Positions 24,879-29,445 of a stretch of DNA of 29,445 nt are shown here, piece by piece. Position 1 is the stretch's first letter. Each line of letters begins with the position of its first letter. The stretch covers positions 1-29,445 of the IMG/VR virus record IMGVR_UViG_3300037483_001074; one strand, given 5' to 3'. The DNA comes from a virus (Duplodnaviria > Caudoviricetes). The position numbers and the translations under genes were made by a program. Under the pieces are notes generated by a model that saw nothing but the letters and a program-made list of their open reading frames with translations, had not been told where the DNA came from and did no database searches.

Positions 24879-26608
24879 AGCTCGCTCTCCTGGAATCCCT
24901 CACCGCCAGAAAAATCGCTCGGCACCGACGCGAGGCATCCTCGCGAGTAGCGCTCTGACTGGCTGTCGAAGGTCTGGTCGGTTGCGTTCACGCGGTACAC
25001 CTGGACGATATCGCCCGCAGCGGTGATGTCGGTCACGTCGTAGACGCCGTGGTGCGTCACGTCGGCAGCCTGCGTGATCGGATTCCACTCCCAGAACTGG
25101 CCTCCGACGTAGACCCTGCCACCGACCGCCTGGATCCACATCGGGGTGGCCTCTAAGTCGCCGTTGTCGAGCGTCATGACCAAGGCGCCAGTTCCTGGCA
25201 GACGGGCTGTGCTGGGGCTCGTGAAGTCGCCGATCGCCAGATGTTGCCGCGGCCCGACGTCAGATCCGTTCGTGAACAGCGTATAGGCGAGGCTGTTGAC
25301 AACGACGGTCTTGGCGTCGAGCGGGTCGATGTGATTCGCGTCCTTGGGGTCGTACATCGTGCACGAGGGAGCGCTTCGGAAGACAGTAAAGCCCGTCGCG
25401 ATCTCTGGGGAGGTCTGGATCACGTTACCGCTGTCGCCGTCTTCATCGAACCAGCCGATGATGATCGCGTGCGCCTTCCCGCCCCAATAGACGACGCCAC
25501 CATTCGACGGAGGGCCAGCATCGGTGTTAGGGTCGAAGTCGTCGACGGTTTGGCCAGCCGTCCAGCTCGCGCCATCGATGACGCTCCAGGTGCCGTCTTC
25601 CCCCCTGAGCGCCGCCCACTCTTCGCCGCTCGCGACCTCGGCCACACTCACGAGAACCGGACCGTAGGTCTGTTTGCCTAGGCGCGGGAGCGGATCGGGC
25701 CCATCCGGGATCGAGACGGTCTCCGTAGTCTGGCGGACGCCATCCCACCTGACGAGCTTCCGCGAGTCCCCTTGCACTACTAGGAGGTAGAGCACTTCTC
25801 CGACGCCGATCGTGCCGAGGATCGGGTCGTCGATGCGCTCCTGGAGCAACAGCAGCTCTTCGATCGTGTAGTCCCCGGACGTGAACGGGTTCTCGAGGTA
25901 CGCGATCACGCCCGACGAGCCCACGGGATGCTGAAACGGCCAGAGCGGCGGCGAGTCCCCGGCAGGCGTTTCCTGACCGGCCGGGCCTGGGCAGAGCGGA
26001 TCGCCTACCGGACCATCCGAGTTGCGCCAACAGTCCGATGCCTGGAGATGCGAGCGGTCCGGCAAGTTCATCCCGATGAGGGCCGGCGTGTCTGTGCCGT
26101 TGCGGTCGACCTTGGCGAAGACGCAGGCTTGGCCGCGGAACACGAAGGGATCGGTCATCGTCGTCGGACCGACGTAGCTCGCGCCCAAGACGTTGGCGAT
26201 CACGGGGCTGTTCTGGCCGCGCACGACGGCCGGCGCCCCGTAGAGCACGAAGACGAACTCCGAGTAGTCGTCCGCCTGGTCGACGAAGATGGCGCGGAAG
26301 GTCGCTGGGTTGCTTCCGACGTCAGCTCCTGGGAACAGGAGCAGCTCGCCGCCGTGGCCTTGCTGGTCTTCGGTCATGCCGTTGATGCACTCCTCGACGC
26401 CGGTGTCGAACTCGAGCGACAGGCCTGGACGCTCCCGCATCCCGCCCGGGGTGATCCGCACGTTGACGAGCATGTGGAACTTGTGCGGCGGGATCGTGGC
26501 CGGGTCCCCGGCTCGGAACATCCCGCCGAGGGTCGGCATCCCGCCGATGCCAACACGGAGCTCGAACGGCTTCGGCTGAGCCGCTTCGTCCGGCTGGCTG
26601 CGCGGCAT
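24875..26608 (-). CDS. Tail-associated beta-rich protein with a nozzle-like N-terminus
   Basis: N-terminal GGMFRAGDPATIP..LVNVRITPGGMRERPG resembles the start of podovirus nozzle proteins. The remainder is acidic and beta-rich. Confidence 0.65.
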   Translation of the reverse strand: MPRSQPDEAAQPKPFELRVGIGGMPTLGGMFRAGDPATIPPHKFHMLVNVRITPGGMRERPGLSLEFDTGVEECINGMTEDQQGHGGELLLFPGADVGSNPATFRAIFVDQADDYSEFVFVLYGAPAVVRGQNSPVIANVLGASYVGPTTMTDPFVFRGQACVFAKVDRNGTDTPALIGMNLPDRSHLQASDCWRNSDGPVGDPLCPGPAGQETPAGDSPPLWPFQHPVGSSGVIAYLENPFTSGDYTIEELLLLQERIDDPILGTIGVGEVLYLLVVQGDSRKLVRWDGVRQTTETVSIPDGPDPLPRLGKQTYGPVLVSVAEVASGEEWAALRGEDGTWSVIDGASWTAGQTVDDFDPNTDAGPPSNGGVVYWGGKAHAIIIGWFDEDGDSGNVIQTSPEIATGFTVFRSAPSCTMYDPKDANHIDPLDAKTVVVNSLAYTLFTNGSDVGPRQHLAIGDFTSPSTARLPGTGALVMTLDNGDLEATPMWIQAVGGRVYVGGQFWEWNPITQAADVTHHGVYDVTDITAAGDIVQVYRVNATDQTFDSQSERYSRGCLASVPSDFSGGEGFQESEL

Positions 26609-27544
26609 CTACCGCAGCTCACCGAAGAAGCTCGGCGACCGCCGGTGCTCCGACCGGAAGCGCGACACCTGGAGCTTGAGCGACGAGATGCCCTTCTGGT
26701 AGTCGGCCTCGTACTTCCGCCAGCGTCCGTCCGCCTTGGACTCGCGGAGCTTCGCCTTAAGGCCGTTCAGGATCACGGTCACGTGGAAGCGCTCCGGGAT
26801 CTGGTTGAGCGAGGCGTTCGCCGTCGTGACGTCCTCGGCGGCCGTGATCGTGCCGGTCGCTGGCGTCGCTGGCGCTCCGGCCACCTGGTAGGTGAAGGTG
26901 GTCGAGCTCGTCACGACGATCTCGAAGGTCCCGTTGTACTCGCTCTCGTTCGCGCCCGAAACGACCACGCTGTCGAACGTGACGAGCCCGTGGGCCGTGG
27001 CCGACGTCACCGTGGCCGTCGTGCCCGACCTGGTGATGCTCGAGGGCGTGAAGCTGATCTGGTCCGGGTCACCGGCATCCAGGAGCTTCGGCGGCTTCCG
27101 CATGTACGTGAGACGCAACGTCAGCTCGTTCGGGTTGACCGGGATCTGGATCAGGTCGAGGAAGGTGTCTGGGTCCTGGCCGAAGATCGAGAAGATGCGC
27201 GGCGTGTCGGTCGGACGGTTCCCGGTACGCGCCTCCTGGATCATCGACTCCGGCTCCTCGATCAGCGGCGGGAGCTGCTGGATCCCGCCCACCACACGGT
27301 AGAGGTCGCCGTAGGGGCCCAGGTCGTCGTAGTTGGACGGGACAGCCACCTGGGCATCGTTCGCGGGCACGGTCAGGTCGGCGTCTTCGCGCTTCCAGCG
27401 GTGGTCGCCGGCCCACCAGATCTCGTTCACGACCTCGCGCACAAAGCTGAGAGCCCGGCGCCGCCTCGGGATGTAGGCGGCGTCGGACTCCGGCACGTTG
27501 TCGCCATACGAAAGGCCCTGGTCGATGATCTCGTCGACGTTCAC
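26609..27544 (-). CDS. Head-tail adaptor / tail tubular protein A-like, with an inserted beta domain
   Basis: MNVDEII..VREVVNEIW..HRW..VAVPSNY..LTYMRKP..QIPERFHVTVILNG layout of phage adaptors. Insert SITRSGTTATVTSATAHGL..EYNGTFEI..FTY. Confidence 0.7.
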   Translation of the reverse strand: MNVDEIIDQGLSYGDNVPESDAAYIPRRRRALSFVREVVNEIWWAGDHRWKREDADLTVPANDAQVAVPSNYDDLGPYGDLYRVVGGIQQLPPLIEEPESMIQEARTGNRPTDTPRIFSIFGQDPDTFLDLIQIPVNPNELTLRLTYMRKPPKLLDAGDPDQISFTPSSITRSGTTATVTSATAHGLVTFDSVVVSGANESEYNGTFEIVVTSSTTFTYQVAGAPATPATGTITAAEDVTTANASLNQIPERFHVTVILNGLKAKLRESKADGRWRKYEADYQKGISSLKLQVSRFRSEHRRSPSFFGELR

Positions 27545-27557
27545 CTACCCCACCCCT

Positions 27558-28361
27558 CTAGACCAAGGGGCCGACCGGCTCCTTGTCGGCGAGCTCGGCT
27601 GCGCGCGCCTTGATCTTCTGTGCGACGAAAGCGATCGTCTCCGGGTCGTTGAAAACCAGATTCCGGAGCTCCTCCTTGTTGAGCTTCACGCCTGCGGCCT
27701 CGGCCTCTTCGAGGATGCCGGCCCCAGAGGTCGACACCGCGGCCGCCGGCTCCGGGATGCGATCCGGTGGCGGTGCGTTGAGCCGCCCCTCGAGAACGCC
27801 CGTGATCTCGGCGGCGCTGTACTTCGTGACCTCGAGCGGGCGGTTCTGCAGGTGCTTGATCGCCCACTCGACCATGTGGGAGCTCGACGACGGAGGCGCC
27901 GGCTGGCCCTTGTCGGTGAAGCGCTTCTGGCGCTCGAGCTCGGTCGCGAGCACCTCGCGGGCCCGCGCGTCCTGGCTCGCGTTGTAGAGCGGGAGCCCTG
28001 CCTCGATCGCGACCGAGATGTCGTCCCGGTTCTGGACGATGTTGAAGCCGCGAGCGAAGAGGTCCGGCCTGTCGCGCTGCAGGAAGCGGCACATCATGTC
28101 GACGTTCAGCGTCTGGACGAAGCCGCCGCCCTCGCGCTCGTCCGTCTGGTCTTCGACGACGATCGTGCCCGGGATGGGGGCCCCGGCGGCGTCGCGGGCG
28201 CTCTCGTACCGGTATCTCGAGCCCGGCCCGGGGCGCGCGACTCGGTTCCGCGGCGGGACGACGAAACGCTTCGCGTCGTAGCCGATCTCCAGGTCCTCCT
28301 CGCCGGGCCAGACGAAGACGACGTTGGTCTTGCTACTCCAGAACTTCTTGACTTCCGGCAT
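27558..28361 (-). CDS. Hypothetical phage protein
   Basis: 267 aa, AAGGAG SD, strong GC3 bias. Confidence 0.75.
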   Translation of the reverse strand: MPEVKKFWSSKTNVVFVWPGEEDLEIGYDAKRFVVPPRNRVARPGPGSRYRYESARDAAGAPIPGTIVVEDQTDEREGGGFVQTLNVDMMCRFLQRDRPDLFARGFNIVQNRDDISVAIEAGLPLYNASQDARAREVLATELERQKRFTDKGQPAPPSSSSHMVEWAIKHLQNRPLEVTKYSAAEITGVLEGRLNAPPPDRIPEPAAAVSTSGAGILEEAEAAGVKLNKEELRNLVFNDPETIAFVAQKIKARAAELADKEPVGPLV

Positions 28362-29067
28362 TGTGCTCTCCTTGGGCGGGGGCGACCCGACCGTAGGTCC
28401 TGGTGGACCGGGGCGACCGGTCCCCGATTACGACTCCGGCTGCGGGGCCATGGAACACCATCGGCTTCGGCTTTCGCCTGATCTCTGGATGCCCAGGGTT
28501 GCCCCAGACGGCGCTCAGGTACTGCCTCCATTCCGAGTCCGACACGGAATCGATCTTGCGCTGCAGGTACGGCTCGATCTGGGCCTTGCGGTACGCGAGC
28601 TCTGCCTCGTGCTCGGCCTGGAGCTTCGCGATGTACGCCAAGCGCGCGCGGTGGCGCCGCTCCCAGGCCTCGACCGTGTTCTTGTCGAAGTGGAAACGGC
28701 ACCAACGATAGAGGGCCCAATCCCAGGGCACGTAGTCGCCTGGCCCCCCACGCAGATGCTGCTCCGTCTCGGTGTACTCGAGGACGTGATCGAGGAAGTT
28801 GGGCGTGGGGCGCCGCCAGTCCATCGGAACGGGACAGGGGAACGCACCGCGCCGGTACTTCGGCAACGGGAAGTAGCGCCCGATCACGTGGTGGACGACA
28901 CGTACCTCGCGCGGCGACCCCGGGAATCGCCAGAGCTGGATCCGCCACATGGGGATGAGCTCCCGGTCGAACTCGCGAATCGCCTTCGTCACCGCCGGGT
29001 CCTTCTCGAACCCGGGCGGGGCGACGCACGTGTAGCGATCCGGCGCGAGGATCTGGTAGTCGTTCAT
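28333..29067 (-). CDS. Hypothetical phage protein
   Basis: Start reassigned to ATG 29067 (ATGA overlap with the upstream stop), MNDYQILAPDRY..., 244 aa. Confidence 0.7.
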   Translation of the reverse strand: MNDYQILAPDRYTCVAPPGFEKDPAVTKAIREFDRELIPMWRIQLWRFPGSPREVRVVHHVIGRYFPLPKYRRGAFPCPVPMDWRRPTPNFLDHVLEYTETEQHLRGGPGDYVPWDWALYRWCRFHFDKNTVEAWERRHRARLAYIAKLQAEHEAELAYRKAQIEPYLQRKIDSVSDSEWRQYLSAVWGNPGHPEIRRKPKPMVFHGPAAGVVIGDRSPRSTRTYGRVAPAQGEHNAGSQEVLE

Positions 29068-29408
29068 GCGGCCTTCGGCTTGCCCTTCTTCCCGGCCGGC
29101 TTCGTCGCAGGCGCCGGTGCCGGCGGAGGAGGAGGAGCTTCGACGACCTGGAGGAACTGCCCCCGGGTCGTCGCGGAGGTGAGCGTCTGACGCCACGGCG
29201 CCGCCGCGGTGGGGTTGCAGAGGAAGACGATCCGCTCGGTCGGACGCGCCCGCCAGGAGGGCAACCAGCCCTCTTTTCGGATCTCCTCTCCGAGCTTCTT
29301 CTCGAGCTCCGCGCCCATCACGAACGGACCGTAGGCGTCTTTGTTTTCGGGAAGGGTGCGGACGTCCGCACCCCACCCGAACGTCTTGCCGTCAACCGTG
29401 ATCAGCAT
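29064..29408 (-). CDS. Hypothetical phage protein
   Basis: 114 aa with a Pro/Lys-rich tail, coupled to the downstream gene. Confidence 0.7.
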   Translation of the reverse strand: MLITVDGKTFGWGADVRTLPENKDAYGPFVMGAELEKKLGEEIRKEGWLPSWRARPTERIVFLCNPTAAAPWRQTLTSATTRGQFLQVVEAPPPPPAPAPATKPAGKKGKPKAA

Positions 29409-29415
29409 CGAGGGC

Positions 29416-29445
29416 CTAGCTCTGCAGCGGGATCCTGCGCCCTTC
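29416..29445 (-). CDS. 3' end of an upstream gene (truncated by the window edge)
   Basis: Reads EGRRIPLQS* with TAG ending 7 nt before the next ATG. Too short to verify. Confidence 0.35.
   Translation of the reverse strand, partial: EGRRIPLQS

Larger units (their letters stand above)
1..29445 (-). mobile_element. Tailed bacteriophage (podovirus-like) genome segment: virion morphogenesis, lysis and recombination modules
   Basis: Single-strand, tightly packed genes in the order adaptor, nozzle, ejection proteins, fibres, lysis, tRNA, RecE/RecT. No host housekeeping genes, integrase or att site are visible, so free phage versus prophage cannot be decided. Confidence 0.93.

Noticed and set aside
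55-29190. Numerous long plus-strand ORFs (e.g. 6611-8227, 12567-14687, 16224-18488, 22647-24656, 25928-27613)
   Set aside because: They are antisense shadows of GC3-biased minus-strand genes, with Arg/Leu/Val/Gly-rich composition, no motifs and complete overlap with better genes.
29068-29376. 5' extension of ORF 28333-29376
   Set aside because: Overlaps the 29064-29408 gene. The ATGA-coupled start at 29067 fits better.
1-29445. CRISPR array, diversity-generating retroelement, IS element or intrinsic terminators
   Set aside because: No spaced repeats, reverse transcriptase, transposase or hairpin-plus-U-tract were seen by eye.

Overview
A GC-rich (~70%) tailed-phage genome segment with podovirus-like gene order. 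Every credible gene is on the minus strand, and most are tightly packed or overlap at start/stop codons. In transcription order (right to left): three unknown genes, a head-tail adaptor-like protein, two tail hub/nozzle-like proteins and several putative ejection proteins. These end in a 3602-aa polyvalent protein (InPase-like, Strawberry-notch-type SF2 helicase, JAB/MPN, LPD38-like C-terminus). Next come small beta-rich virion proteins, a lysis region (membrane proteins, M15 peptidase endolysin, holin-like gene) with two signal-peptide-bearing tail-fibre-like genes inside it, and an atypical tRNA(CAT). A sigma70-type promoter then precedes a small basic protein, a RecE-like nuclease and a RecT-like annealase that runs off the left edge. 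The most unusual signals are an apparently real 94-aa gene overprinted inside the giant ORF just before its helicase domain, the two secreted-looking fibre-like proteins, a probable CTG-initiated nozzle gene and the degenerate tRNA. All family calls come from motif recognition by eye; no searches were run.
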